From an uncultured archaeon (GTDB lineage Archaea; Asgardarchaeota; Hermodarchaeia; Hermodarchaeales; Hermodarchaeaceae): 37,399 nucleotides of DNA. The position numbers and the translations under genes were made by a program. How positions within the stretch are numbered: position 1 is the stretch's first letter; every line of letters starts with the position of its first letter. This document shows, in pieces, positions 29,101 through 37,399 of this stretch. The stretch lies in assembly GCA_964347045.1 (NCBI GenBank), contig CAYFXC010000018.1:1-37399 (forward strand), in the 5' to 3' direction. Below the pieces are notes generated by a model. It was given only the letters and a program-made list of their open reading frames with translations, was not told where the DNA came from and made no database searches.

Positions 29101-31986
29101 CCCATTAAGTGTACAGCTGACATCTGTGTCGATTATTGATGTAATTCCTGTTGATGGGAAATATACTGGGTCATCGATTTCATAATAAACAGTTACCACC
29201 ATGTCATTGCCCCAGGGCTCTGGGCTAGGCGGGTCATAGCTTATTGTAGTTCCAATCTCACGGACAGAGACACTTACATCAACAGACCGATTGCCATAGA
29301 AGGGTGTATTATCTGGGCTCCCATACCAATAGAAGTAAACTTTGAAGTTGTAATTTCCAACCGCTGGTAAATAACTTGTATCAATGCTAATGTTCCAGAC
29401 ACCGGCTGACCCACTAAAGGTCACTGTAGCCATCGTTGGATTCCATTGAGTCGTTCCACGCATCACGTGAAGATGCAATTTATTTGTGCTATTATTGGGG
29501 GGTGTGCCTCCGTCAAGATCAGAAAGCGTGACGGTGAAGTTGGAACGTGCTCCGTAGGGAACGGAACTCGGCGTAGTTGAAGTAAGGAGCGTATTGCGAG
29601 CGCGGATAACAATGGTCAAATTTATCGCTTGTGCTTCATAATAGGTCCCAGGATCATCAACTGCCACAGTTAGCGTGTACGTCCCTGGGAGTGGTTTTAC
29701 ACTTGTTGGTACCTGGACATCGTACCATCCATTGGAACCGCCAGGAGTGATTGAGGTTCCTGACCAGCTGGGTGTCGTAAACCATCCAGCGGCGCCGGTT
29801 ATCCCTTGGTTATTTGCATCCTCATAGAAGACTTGAATAGTAAAAGTCTCAAGATAGTACGCAGTATATCCTGGCGTCGCTGATGAAAGAGTTGTATCGG
29901 TGCGTACATGGAGGTTAATATTACAAGTTGCAGGTATAGGGTCATGATAGGTTTCATTGGCTGTGACCGTTAGAATGTAATCTCCCGTTAATAGAAGGTT
30001 ATTAGAGATTTTTGCTTCATACCAACTACCCGCCTGGTAAAATGTAATGGTATTGCCATCAACACTACCCGTAACATTGGGAGTAATAATGAAAGGATTC
30101 GTGGCTTTGTCAGTATCGTTAAAGTAAACACGAGGATAGAAGAATCCGGGTCCTCGATTTACATTCATCGACGACGCTTCTGGGGTCAAAGTCGACGCAT
30201 GAATGAGGTTGAACTGACTAGAAAAGAAACCAGCGGCAGTCGGTGGAACCAAGACTCCATCATCATAGCTAATACAAAGGATATATTGTCCAGCTGGATA
30301 GGAGTCTCCATTATTGAAGTTAACTGTGAAACCAACTGATGCGCCCGCTGGTTTCGAATCCTCAGCTCTAACAATACCATCATAGTCATACAGGGTTAGG
30401 TTGACCTCTCCTGTTGTTTTAGAAAGACTAACGGTGATAGAGAGTGTGGAAGGACTTCGGGGGTTTATGTAGTAGGTGGGTTGGACTCCACTTACTGCTG
30501 TGACGCGGTTTGGAGAGCTTAGGGTAAAGTTCCACCAGCCATAAACAGTTCCAATTGTACTTGGTGAGAGTCGCAGGTGTGTTCCGTCATCGGTGACAGC
30601 AGTTGTTTTATCTTCAGATAAGGCATTCCAAATCTGATTTTTAGACCAGGTTTCACTGGTAGGTTTCGTTATGGATAGATTGTATTGTTGATAAACACCT
30701 GGTATTGGATTCGCCACATAAAACCAAGTTGTCCAATAGACATTCGACGATCCTTGACTAACCGAAAAGGTGGTTCCATCAGGTCCAGTTTGTTGTTCGG
30801 TTGTACTCGTTTTATTCACAAAGAAATTAAGCGTGTAATCAAAAGCTACGTCTTTACTTGCGGTGGCTGTCGTATTCCAGATGGCTTGAAGCTGATAGGT
30901 CGTTGATCGACTAGGCCAGCCACCTACTGGTGTGAGTGAAACGGTTCCCGTGCCATAACTTGCCCCATTCGCAACTGCTGTATTATTGAGTTGTAACCCG
31001 ATTGTGGAATCTGCAGGTTGCGCTTTACCTTGCACCTCAAATTGAACGTTATCAAACCAGAGCGCCCACGCCTGAATATTACTAGTAAAATCAATGATAA
31101 AACCTAAACCAAGTTTTAGGTTTAGCGAACCCGGAGCACCCCACTGGATAATGTCGTTATATGGGATAGGTAGCACAATCGTTACCCAATCGGAATCATA
31201 ATTTCCTTCTCCAATGGCAGGCAAATAATAGTCAACAGTTAGCAGATAGGCTTTGCCTCCGAGTTCAACATAGATAGCAAGTTCATCGCGATCCCAATAA
31301 TTCGGCTTGGTGCCAAAAGGATTATGATCCACTTTCACATCAAAGGTGAGTCGCGCCCAGTCCGGTTCTCGTGTCAAGGTGAATGTTTGCTGAAAGGCTG
31401 AATAATCTGTAGTTTGAAAAGAAATTCCGGTGGAATAGTTAATCCACACTCGGACGCCATTTCCTGATCGTCCGTAACTTGTGCTCCAATTTCCCCCATG
31501 ATAGGGATCACTGACTTGAGCTCCAAGCCCATTTGAGGTGTAACTCCAATCGGTCCAAGTATCTTCAAAATCTCCATTCCGTGTGTCTGGATCAATCCAG
31601 GTATTATTATCAAACAAATTCGAAACAGCAGCAGTAAGTTGGTAGCCATCCCATCTGACCGGATGCGTAATTTCTCCAATATTATTTGACCCATAATCTA
31701 AATCCAGCACACTCGATGAATTCACACCATATGCGAACTCATTAGTTTCAAGACCAGATCCCAAACCAGTGTAGAGATACTCATTATCTTCATAGGTGGG
31801 ACCTTCAGGTAAGGGAATCGGATTTGTGGAAATCAGGGCTGTCTGCGTATTTGCAGCGATAAAACTTCCATTATCTAGGGAACCCATAGGTACGCTTTGG
31901 ATTCCACTCAGCGGTGTAATCACAAACAAGGGAGAAAAGACAAACAAAACAAAAAGAGTAAGACCGAGTAAAGTTTCACGTTTCAT
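23128..31986 (-). CDS. Giant (2952 aa) type I membrane surface protein: signal peptide, jelly-roll-like N-terminal region, about 20 Ig-like repeats, one TM helix, ~250-aa cytoplasmic tail
   Basis: N-terminal MKRETLLGLTLFVLFVFSPLFVIT; recurring ~100-115 aa units (P[WY]GxNxT...Y.D.D...I...GxGxY.I.I...Y.F.I...Y...VR...T); many NxS/T sequons; TM ~23888-23965; charged and Pro-rich tail. Confidence 0.92.
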   Translation of the reverse strand: MKRETLLGLTLFVLFVFSPLFVITPLSGIQSVPMGSLDNGSFIAANTQTALISTNPIPLPEGPTYEDNEYLYTGLGSGLETNEFAYGVNSSSVLDLDYGSNNIGEITHPVRWDGYQLTAAVSNLFDNNTWIDPDTRNGDFEDTWTDWSYTSNGLGAQVSDPYHGGNWSTSYGRSGNGVRVWINYSTGISFQTTDYSAFQQTFTLTREPDWARLTFDVKVDHNPFGTKPNYWDRDELAIYVELGGKAYLLTVDYYLPAIGEGNYDSDWVTIVLPIPYNDIIQWGAPGSLNLKLGLGFIIDFTSNIQAWALWFDNVQFEVQGKAQPADSTIGLQLNNTAVANGASYGTGTVSLTPVGGWPSRSTTYQLQAIWNTTATASKDVAFDYTLNFFVNKTSTTEQQTGPDGTTFSVSQGSSNVYWTTWFYVANPIPGVYQQYNLSITKPTSETWSKNQIWNALSEDKTTAVTDDGTHLRLSPSTIGTVYGWWNFTLSSPNRVTAVSGVQPTYYINPRSPSTLSITVSLSKTTGEVNLTLYDYDGIVRAEDSKPAGASVGFTVNFNNGDSYPAGQYILCISYDDGVLVPPTAAGFFSSQFNLIHASTLTPEASSMNVNRGPGFFYPRVYFNDTDKATNPFIITPNVTGSVDGNTITFYQAGSWYEAKISNNLLLTGDYILTVTANETYHDPIPATCNINLHVRTDTTLSSATPGYTAYYLETFTIQVFYEDANNQGITGAAGWFTTPSWSGTSITPGGSNGWYDVQVPTSVKPLPGTYTLTVAVDDPGTYYEAQAINLTIVIRARNTLLTSTTPSSVPYGARSNFTVTLSDLDGGTPPNNSTNKLHLHVMRGTTQWNPTMATVTFSGSAGVWNISIDTSYLPAVGNYNFKVYFYWYGSPDNTPFYGNRSVDVSVSVREIGTTISYDPPSPEPWGNDMVVTVYYEIDDPVYFPSTGITSIIDTDVSCTLNGAPYATFGWQEIGSGEYAITIYSSAITQVDSYTFVITIDDTTDDYQSASRTIVFSVRKRLTQVIVIPPAQIPYQANTSITFSWYDLDGGTDPLITDIFQVRVTGYGDPQIFTPSSWTITLVTDTWVPGEYNLILTIIPDDPPGVYNQTASAVTVLIIIHQTAVTILPPEPTPWGENTTITIQWVDLSTTGYISYTAAAQIIISGDVSKTINNPTSWTFELDTSSLTIVGSPYSITIEVVAKTIPAQIYADSNSTFNELTIRGHRVYVLVTGPAPVPEGGSFLLNISWIDLDKGSAIDSGTYLQEVRVTQISGPSAPTLPWSNFSYLDFYIDATGWGRGLHELNVTVFANDPRFATGFGTVNIIIRVHSITADVDPIPRVPYGNNISIILRVNDSDLIPPSGLPENHLTSVVITGGPSTITLDSSNWHLWVNNGTADDGIYQIILDVSGWSLDTYALQFDVTTSAEYGNGVVLTQLTIRSLATSFTYQSPPVVPWGENGILIVTFLVDDPTAVQDNSPITGGTISITDLTLGVDFNFVYWENGKYNITFYSSILTEVKEFQFDITITRAEEYEVGQLDAVPLSVRALFTWLHPTTVPITPFGDNVTIEVEYIVLDGESSLNQDPIHTGSETINVTGLDGFNPTVIWWEWDGILSIYRITINASEVTAIQAYKIMIRISGSGSGYENDTIPELTFNVRTVFTALAVEPVDAQAFLDNFTIRITYTVNDPDSSINGQGIDGQESIIELVEYPGLYSVIPLGSGIYDIVINSTGVGAPSTYLATINTDWAQFPPPYAIQTKQVTLFVVERPTSIQNTITGEYGYLTEITVNFTYSDQLRTFSITNTSFGGNHVLVVLYNTTPALPVLIPFNAWYIVSITGDYDFQLRIDADYFGRVNTFFDFKLEVSWEGGTIPYFETQEFEFRAYVVGQRTEFVLQPTAGATPWNSTMTFEFLFQTIEGMGINSTYYPDISITLLCEELPSFGTYGSDWWVTDLGQGFYEISIDTTKLAGIGTYLFYVNVTYPKGLDPFFESKTNRPVLQEVREIETILSYDPPGNLYYGENLTLIVRYFDLDNNNHVPNIPTTVNIQVTGFVGVTISQISSGPKQYWWQIELNTAGVPALQGFSIYIFANQTNFLFQNISVPVYIYEVPLDITLESLGLISRFYGQTPYEIIEVTVKIGAGLHQGDLVNDSQVDCIWAHGTLNFVFIGAGVYQLEIQSEYTIGQYTLSIQASKAGFYQDATTYVTYTITAGPSILTTYNCTTSFLVYPPEDIIIYVNFTTGAGVPIIGANVTFFCADPAIGFGSPYLIELDPALYPGIYYYDSSIWGVDTSSDLVTVPYEISVSAESPNVQRRTLSFTADVRYTPAEVLAFDIDYPSFENESYFMTYEYQEVFTLWIFANNTRSGILDRNITGALILATWGGQQVSLNELGNGWYWAQFTATQAAGFSYSLYVDLKGAFDVQRTTITIDIIDRSTRPVTVFSAWSILVIDDIIEYNRSAYEGGVLTVPVGDWIYIYFDYRDVDGFLVANGSGTITLDGVILSGIPVEFDNSTNLYLLKLYIDPITVGIGSHSLSIRLGKANFLSQIYPDTFTAIEIPTRLTVDEIIGIVPTPPEYPFEQLYIGSPFQIRVYFFDTWHRVGIEGANITLPQGWDFDPAGPEGGWIEEGNGYYLLYGLRSATPITLELRISANKGIPVPYQETGLETEVILEFVYHPLFVYGTIGGTIAAIFLIFILIGWILWARVLSIPWEVRRMRKLAKTVEKDETYSLGRKDLKHFHERGVILEGKVDSAMSTIGVVMTPAMIPTIEELEEVTATEEDIVAELDKIPGLGAEEKAVLAEEMRKIPRKDRIWFLDDLRRQMSERRMDFITKREKAPPAIKPELKPTKKPPMKPTKKPAKEPPAKPLDEVKPVEPPPPEKALEGDRTAPTVVPPEERVTPEVPSGVEIEIRRELDKIPGLSDEEKQALVDHLKYLSKEERQATYFSLKQSADES
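23131..23643 (-). repeat. Duplicated ~40-aa helical module (ELxKIPGL-xx-EEK) flanking a Pro/Lys-rich linker, tail of giant protein 1
   Basis: Copy 1 (23527-23643) ELDKIPGLGAEEKAVLAEEMRKIPRKDRIWFLDDL; copy 2 (23131-23256) ELDKIPGLSDEEKQALVDHLKYLSKEERQATYFSL; linker contains KPTKKP twice. Confidence 0.85.
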
Positions 31987-32134
31987 ATTGGTTACCCCCG
32001 GGTTGGAAGGCGGCAGAAGAATGCAAATACGAGCCTATTACGAGATTTGAACAAGTTTCTCCAGTTCTGAGTCAGATACCTAGTGGTCGATTCCGTTATG
32101 TCGCCAAACCGATATTTTACCGGACTATTGACGC

Positions 32135-32149
32135 TTTATATAGGTTTAC
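32135..32149 (-). promoter_or_regulatory. BRE/TATA promoter for the 2952-aa gene
   Basis: Minus strand GTAAACC-TATATAAA about 150 nt upstream of ATG 31986. Confidence 0.5.
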
Positions 32150-32174
32150 CTGCACTGTCGTCTAACCAAATAGG

Positions 32175-32221
32175 AAAAAAAGGAGATCGAATCCCTAAGC
32201 TCCCAAAGGCGCATAGGGATT
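32175..32221 (-). terminator. Hairpin plus T-tract terminator after the second giant gene
   Basis: AATCCCTA/TAGGGATT inverted repeat (32190-32221) just after the stop, followed on the minus strand by T7 (32175-32181). Confidence 0.6.
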
Positions 32222-32228
32222 TCAATGG

Positions 32229-35200
32229 TTATTCGTCCATGTCCGCAGACATGCGTAACGACCGATATGTGGACTGCCGCTCCTCTTTACTCAGGTATTG
32301 CAAGTGATCGACAAGAGCATCCTTCTCTTCTTCTGAAAGCCCTGGAATCTTTGATAGCTCGCGGCGAATTTCAGCAATCACCGCAGGTGCGGCACTAGGG
32401 GTAGGTTGAAGTTCCGGTGGCAACACCGTCGGGGCTGTTCGGTCTTTGGTTTTGGGTTTCGAAGGGGGTGGTTCTTTGGGTTTCACTTCTTCTAGTGGTG
32501 GCGGTTCGGGTTCCTTGGGTGGCGTTACTGTTGGAGCTGGTTCGGGTGTTGGTTTAGGAGTTGGTTCCTTGGGTTGTTCGCGTTGGGTGAGGAAGTCCAT
32601 GCGGCGCTGGCCCATTTGACGGCGCAGGTCATCGAGGAACCAGATTCGGTCTTTGCGAGGAATCTTGCGCATTTCTTGAGCGAGGACAGTTTTTTCTTCG
32701 ATGCCCAGCCCAGGAATCTTATCAAGTTCAGTCATGATGTCTTCTTCTGTGGCCGTGACTTCTTCAACTTCTTCCGTGGTGGGAATCATCGCTTTTGTGG
32801 CCGCGACTCCAATAGTACCCATGGCTACGGTCATTTTGGACTCCATGGTGTTTTGGCGTTCTTGGAAGCGTTTCCGATCTTTCTTGGAAAGTTTATAACC
32901 TTCACTTTTTTCCACGGTTTTGGCTAGTTTCCGCATTCGACGGACCTCCCATGGAATTGAGTACACCCGGGCATACATAATCCAGCCAATCAACGCAATC
33001 ACAAGAATTACCACCCCAAATGATCCAGCCTGGATGAGCATGTTCATGAGCGGTGTATTCTCAATTGATACAACGAAATTCTGTTGCGCGTTTTGATAAT
33101 TTTGCCTAGAGAAGGTGAAAGCTAAGGATCCCGAACTGGGTGCATTTGCCACGAGAGTTACATTGTAAAAACCTCGATGAAGTGGATCTGGATCTACGGT
33201 GATTGTTGTTCCTGCTGGAAGAGAACCGGAAAGGAGGCTGTCAATCTCTGCGTCTAAGATGCCATCGTCATGATAAATATCGCTAAAGAACAGTGAAAAT
33301 GTGTAAGTCGTTCCAACATACAATATATCTGGAATTACCCAATCATGAATGAGTTCGGTTGGGATGTCTGTTACCTGAAGCGTCCGTGTTATCACTTGGT
33401 TAATGTAGTTGTTTGATTCAAAGTTAATTTCTAACGGACCAGAATCTGTAGCATTCAACAGGAAATAAATTGTCCAATAACCACTGACCGGGTCATAGAC
33501 GAAGTATTCAGCTCCAAAGAAGCGAAGATAGGCACTTCGAACTTGGGTATCGGATAAGGTGATGTTCGAAATATCTCGGTACCAGAAAGTTAGCACCAAA
33601 GTATCACCAATAGGGATAATCCAGGTACTGTCGGTAAAGGGAACGGTTACGTTGTAATCTCTGCCATCAATTGTAGCGAGCGTATAGGCGTGAACCAGTT
33701 CGAGTTCAGTCCGTCGTTCACTAATTGTCAAGAACACAGACTCGGAGGCGTCACCATACTTTCCAAAGACATCATGATAAATACGGATCTCAAGGGCAAG
33801 TGTACTCGGGGTTTCGTTGGCAATAAACCATCCCGTATACCAACCTGCGGTTCCATTTTCAGTCATATAATAAGGGACAGTTTGCCAAATGAAGTAGGGT
33901 ACATCTCCAGTGATTGGGGAATTCCCCGCCAGGAAGTCACCTAAATAGACATTCAGTGTCACATTCTCATTGTATTCATTGGATAGGGAGCTATACTCGG
34001 GGATAATTGTGATTGGTTTATATTGGACATTAATTGTGAAGGTGACTTGTCGTTGTACTGAATTTGCTGATGTGGCAACAACGATTATTGTGTGTGTTCG
34101 GATATTCCATGATGATGTATCAAATTGAATATAGTAGGAACCTGGTCCCGCAGGGATGAAATCACCTAAGTATATTGATACGTTATTTGCCTTGATGGTT
34201 GTGTTCGAACTCAATATTGGATACCAATGAGTCCCATTCCATCCTTCAAAGGTCACATTTAATTGCACAATATCATCTACAAAAACTGTTATCGCAGTTA
34301 TATCACCAGGTGGAAGTTCAAGGCGCGTGTCAATTTGAAGTATACTTACTGTATAAATGAGTAGACCCGTTTCGAAGTTAGTGATATTAGCTTTGATGAA
34401 AAGTTGAGTTGCTGTAGCATTAATTTTACCTGTATTTAGTGTAAGCGTATAATAACCAGGTGTTCCTGAGTAATTCATTGGAGCATAGGAGTAAGTCCAC
34501 CATTTGAAGTAAATTTCTGCAGTGATCATTGGTGTGCCAGTTAGACCATCTTCTAAGTAGACGTCAACAGTTATGGGTACAGCCCAATATTCTGAAATGG
34601 AAAATGTGGGAGGATTTACTGGAGTTAGGTTAACAGGCGCATATTTGATTTGTATGTCAATGTCTCGCTGTTGAGAGAGATAATTGGTTTTACTGGCGGT
34701 TAGATAAAAGGAGAAGGCTCCTGCAGGAGTCCCAGAGGTGTCAATTTCAATTATCCATGTTCCATTCGGAAGCTGATAATATGAGTAAGGATTGGGCACA
34801 TCAATGATCCAGGTAACGCCGGATACCGCACCTCCATGGTCAAGATCTATGTAATCTGCGAGAATTGTGAGGTTTTGGGAATGAAATACATCTGTGGACT
34901 GAGTCCAGTCCATTGTGGTTTGGATTTCTCGCACGCGACCTGAAACCAGAGTTTGGGCAGAGGCATAATAAGGGGCGTATTGCGGTAAGAAACCGGTGGG
35001 CCAGGTCAATGTTATGTTGAAGGTATAAGTTCCGATGTCAAGGTTCTTAGACCCTTCGATGATGAGGACATAATGCCCATCAATTCCCAATTGGGAGGCC
35101 AGAGTCACATACCAATAGGTATCATCCCAGGTGGGAATATCTGCACATAGAACTACTATTCCTACATTTCCTGAGGTGTTTGTGATGGGTAATCCGCCTG

Positions 35201-37397
35201 TAGTATTATAGTGTAAGGTGATAGTGATGTCATCACCGGTAGGTTGGGTGGCGATAGTATCTGAATAGAGTACTGTTTGGGTCCCAGTTGTGCGGACGGA
35301 AAAGTCTTTGAAGGCGGGTTCATAGAAGGGAACGTTTCCCCCGATCCATGACGCTTCAATCCTGAAACTATAAATCACGTTGACAGCGCCAAGTTCACTA
35401 GCGTTGATTAAGACTCGGAAATACAATGTGGGTTCATCCCAGCCTCCACTACCAGGATATGTCTCAACGAAATATGTTGCAGAAATCTCGCTATCATTTT
35501 CAGCAAACAGAATACGGATCCGAAGATAATTGCCAGTAGTGATATTATCGATTCCCCATCCACTGTAAACATCTGTATAGTTCAAATAGACAACAATAAA
35601 GTCTGCATAGTTGGTGTCTGGTGGGTTGGTGTTGATGATTCGGGTTTCGCGATCTGCAGATCGCAGCCAGACGCCGACCCATTGTTCTTCATAAATTGGT
35701 GGGCTTGCTGTCCAATTGAGGTCAACGCGGATCCAATATCGTCCCGGAGCGGGGGTCTCCGCTGAGTTGATGATGAGATAGTAGAATCCATTTCCAGCAT
35801 CAATGATCTCTAACACAACTGGAACAGCCCAGCTACCGTTGGTGGTAATGATGATGTTATCAACCCCGGGGATTCCATTTCCATCTTGGGAACTATCATC
35901 ATCGCGAACAGTATAGATGATGGTGATCGTGAAGTTTTCACCATAGGGAGCGGCATCGACTGGTTCCCGTTCAATTTCTGTAAACACGGTTCGAATGTTA
36001 AAGGACATGGCAGGGTTCGAGATACTGGCGTCGCGGTATCGACCGGTGGGGTGCGTGGCATCCACTTCGATTTGATAGCTCCCGATGGCTAGTGCTTTGG
36101 TAATGGTGATGCGGTAGTAGGTGGCAAATTCGGTGACCGAATAGTCGCTGGGAAGGATGGTGAGTCCGCCAATACCGATCACCGTGATGGTGGCTCCTGG
36201 AATAAAGGCACCATTATTGGAACTTTCCCCATCTAAGATGAGGTATTCCACATCAACTAAGACATTATCGCCATAGGGTGTGGTAGGAACCTGCGAGTAG
36301 GTGAGTGTGGTGAAGAGGTACCGAACAGTCATTGGGACTTTGTTTAGTTGTCCGTTGTTGTATTGGGCAGGGCTCGTTATGGTGATCGTCAAGTTATAAG
36401 TTGTAACTGAGGTAAGATAGCTTGCTAACACGGTGATGGTATAAGAGCCGTCTAGATTATTGGTATAGGTGAAATCTACGCCTTCGACTAACCCTGCAAT
36501 AGTAATTGTGCCAACAGTGATGGGATTTTCATCCTGAGATGCAACCGGATCTGAGACAAGATAGGTGACATTGAGTTCGCCATTTTCTCCCCATGCAACC
36601 ACAGGTGGGCTCTGGTAGGTAAAGCTAATGGCTAGGGCACGAATTGTCGCAGCGGTAAATACTGTGCTATTTTCATAGTTAGAGGAGGTGTAGACATGGA
36701 TGGTGAGTGAATGGGTGCTTAGTGACCATCCTGTCGTATCAAATCGGACTATGAAAATGCCATCATCGGCGGTTCCGTTGGTAACCCAGATGTTCCAATT
36801 AGCGGAATCAATGTATAGGGTCGTGGGGCCAATGATTTCGATAGCAATCATATCGATATCAGGGAGCGGTGTACCTTCGTCATCGTCATCCACTCGTAGA
36901 GTCAGGTTTCCGTCATTTTGCCAAGGAATTGTGGAAATGGGATCAATATCACTGGCAATATTGTGGTTTCGAATGCGAAAACCGATGGTTTGGTCTGCAT
37001 CTTCGTGAAAACTATCCGGTGCCACCACATGAAGGGCAAGAGAGTACACTTTCACTGTTGATATCTTTCCACTCGAGTAAAGGATTGTGAGAGTGTATTG
37101 TCCACCGCCATCATCCACAAGTAGATAATCCGCTGGGTTCAAGCCCACCCCATCTAGGGTGGAACCAACAATACTAGTAACTCCTGGTATACCAGTACCA
37201 TCTTCTCCACTAGCTGAGTCATCGACGATATAATAGAAGGTAATTACCACGTCTGTTCCCCACGCCACACTCCCTACGGCATCATATGATATCGCCGTTC
37301 GGATAGTGCGAATGTCAAAGCCCACATTACTAGCTGCATCCTCGTGTTGCGCATCCGGCGTATTCACATACAAGTAAAGAGCATAAGTCTTAATGGC
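32229..37397 (-). CDS. Second giant type I membrane protein, paralog of 23128-31986; N-terminus beyond window
   Basis: Frame stays open to the window edge (AIKTYALYLYVNT...). Collinear shared blocks (NGTADDGI, SFTYQSPPVVxWGENG, TPxGDNV, LDGESS, FNxRTVFT); TM ~32972-33045; highly similar cytoplasmic tail. Confidence 0.92.
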   Translation of the reverse strand, partial: AIKTYALYLYVNTPDAQHEDAASNVGFDIRTIRTAISYDAVGSVAWGTDVVITFYYIVDDSASGEDGTGIPGVTSIVGSTLDGVGLNPADYLLVDDGGGQYTLTILYSSGKISTVKVYSLALHVVAPDSFHEDADQTIGFRIRNHNIASDIDPISTIPWQNDGNLTLRVDDDDEGTPLPDIDMIAIEIIGPTTLYIDSANWNIWVTNGTADDGIFIVRFDTTGWSLSTHSLTIHVYTSSNYENSTVFTAATIRALAISFTYQSPPVVAWGENGELNVTYLVSDPVASQDENPITVGTITIAGLVEGVDFTYTNNLDGSYTITVLASYLTSVTTYNLTITITSPAQYNNGQLNKVPMTVRYLFTTLTYSQVPTTPYGDNVLVDVEYLILDGESSNNGAFIPGATITVIGIGGLTILPSDYSVTEFATYYRITITKALAIGSYQIEVDATHPTGRYRDASISNPAMSFNIRTVFTEIEREPVDAAPYGENFTITIIYTVRDDDSSQDGNGIPGVDNIIITTNGSWAVPVVLEIIDAGNGFYYLIINSAETPAPGRYWIRVDLNWTASPPIYEEQWVGVWLRSADRETRIINTNPPDTNYADFIVVYLNYTDVYSGWGIDNITTGNYLRIRILFAENDSEISATYFVETYPGSGGWDEPTLYFRVLINASELGAVNVIYSFRIEASWIGGNVPFYEPAFKDFSVRTTGTQTVLYSDTIATQPTGDDITITLHYNTTGGLPITNTSGNVGIVVLCADIPTWDDTYWYVTLASQLGIDGHYVLIIEGSKNLDIGTYTFNITLTWPTGFLPQYAPYYASAQTLVSGRVREIQTTMDWTQSTDVFHSQNLTILADYIDLDHGGAVSGVTWIIDVPNPYSYYQLPNGTWIIEIDTSGTPAGAFSFYLTASKTNYLSQQRDIDIQIKYAPVNLTPVNPPTFSISEYWAVPITVDVYLEDGLTGTPMITAEIYFKWWTYSYAPMNYSGTPGYYTLTLNTGKINATATQLFIKANITNFETGLLIYTVSILQIDTRLELPPGDITAITVFVDDIVQLNVTFEGWNGTHWYPILSSNTTIKANNVSIYLGDFIPAGPGSYYIQFDTSSWNIRTHTIIVVATSANSVQRQVTFTINVQYKPITIIPEYSSLSNEYNENVTLNVYLGDFLAGNSPITGDVPYFIWQTVPYYMTENGTAGWYTGWFIANETPSTLALEIRIYHDVFGKYGDASESVFLTISERRTELELVHAYTLATIDGRDYNVTVPFTDSTWIIPIGDTLVLTFWYRDISNITLSDTQVRSAYLRFFGAEYFVYDPVSGYWTIYFLLNATDSGPLEINFESNNYINQVITRTLQVTDIPTELIHDWVIPDILYVGTTYTFSLFFSDIYHDDGILDAEIDSLLSGSLPAGTTITVDPDPLHRGFYNVTLVANAPSSGSLAFTFSRQNYQNAQQNFVVSIENTPLMNMLIQAGSFGVVILVIALIGWIMYARVYSIPWEVRRMRKLAKTVEKSEGYKLSKKDRKRFQERQNTMESKMTVAMGTIGVAATKAMIPTTEEVEEVTATEEDIMTELDKIPGLGIEEKTVLAQEMRKIPRKDRIWFLDDLRRQMGQRRMDFLTQREQPKEPTPKPTPEPAPTVTPPKEPEPPPLEEVKPKEPPPSKPKTKDRTAPTVLPPELQPTPSAAPAVIAEIRRELSKIPGLSEEEKDALVDHLQYLSKEERQSTYRSLRMSADMDE

Positions 37398-37399
37398 AC

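Noticed and set aside
316-37090. Numerous 60-150 aa alternative-frame and antisense ORFs in the track
   Set aside because: Nearly all are nested in or overlap well-supported genes and lack motifs; treated as shadow ORFs.
37373-37399. TTG 37373 as start of the second giant gene
   Set aside because: Frame is open to the window edge, lies mid-repeat and has no signal peptide; the gene is truncated by the window.
1-37399. tRNA/rRNA genes, CRISPR arrays, transposases, diversity-generating retroelement repeats, Sec/Pyl read-through
   Set aside because: No cloverleaf, spaced direct-repeat array, transposase or reverse transcriptase motifs, adenine-specific repeat pair or interrupted conserved ORF seen by eye; not excluded computationally.

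Overview
Gene-dense archaeal window, most likely from an Asgard archaeon (inference from a Rab-like GTPase with no prenylation tail, an archaeal HMG-CoA synthase/thiolase/DUF35 operon, BRE-TATA promoters and GGAGGTGA-type RBSs). The left end (1-6043) is a signalling-type cluster: a truncated AAA+/winged-helix ATPase, a Rab-like small GTPase, an unknown all-helical protein, a membrane histidine-kinase-like protein and a receiver that have both lost catalytic motifs, and a PPP Ser/Thr phosphatase. The middle (6-23 kb) is mostly metabolic and regulatory: carbamate kinase, Ser/Thr dehydratase, tandem Lrp regulator, secreted beta-rich protein, MSMEG_0568/NitD-like radical SAM plus GNAT, orphan DppB, ArsR, HEAT protein, S45 acylase, upper mevalonate operon, FprA and ACD alpha. 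The right 14 kb holds two tandem paralogous giant single-pass membrane proteins. Their ectodomains are divergent Ig-like repeat arrays, but their cytoplasmic tails are strongly conserved, with a duplicated small helical module and conserved short motifs in a Pro-rich linker. This receptor/adhesin-like pair is the best candidate for an undescribed system; the co-degenerate two-component pair and the Rab neighbourhood come next. No tRNA, rRNA, CRISPR array or mobile element was recognised. All calls are by-eye motif recognition; no searches were run.
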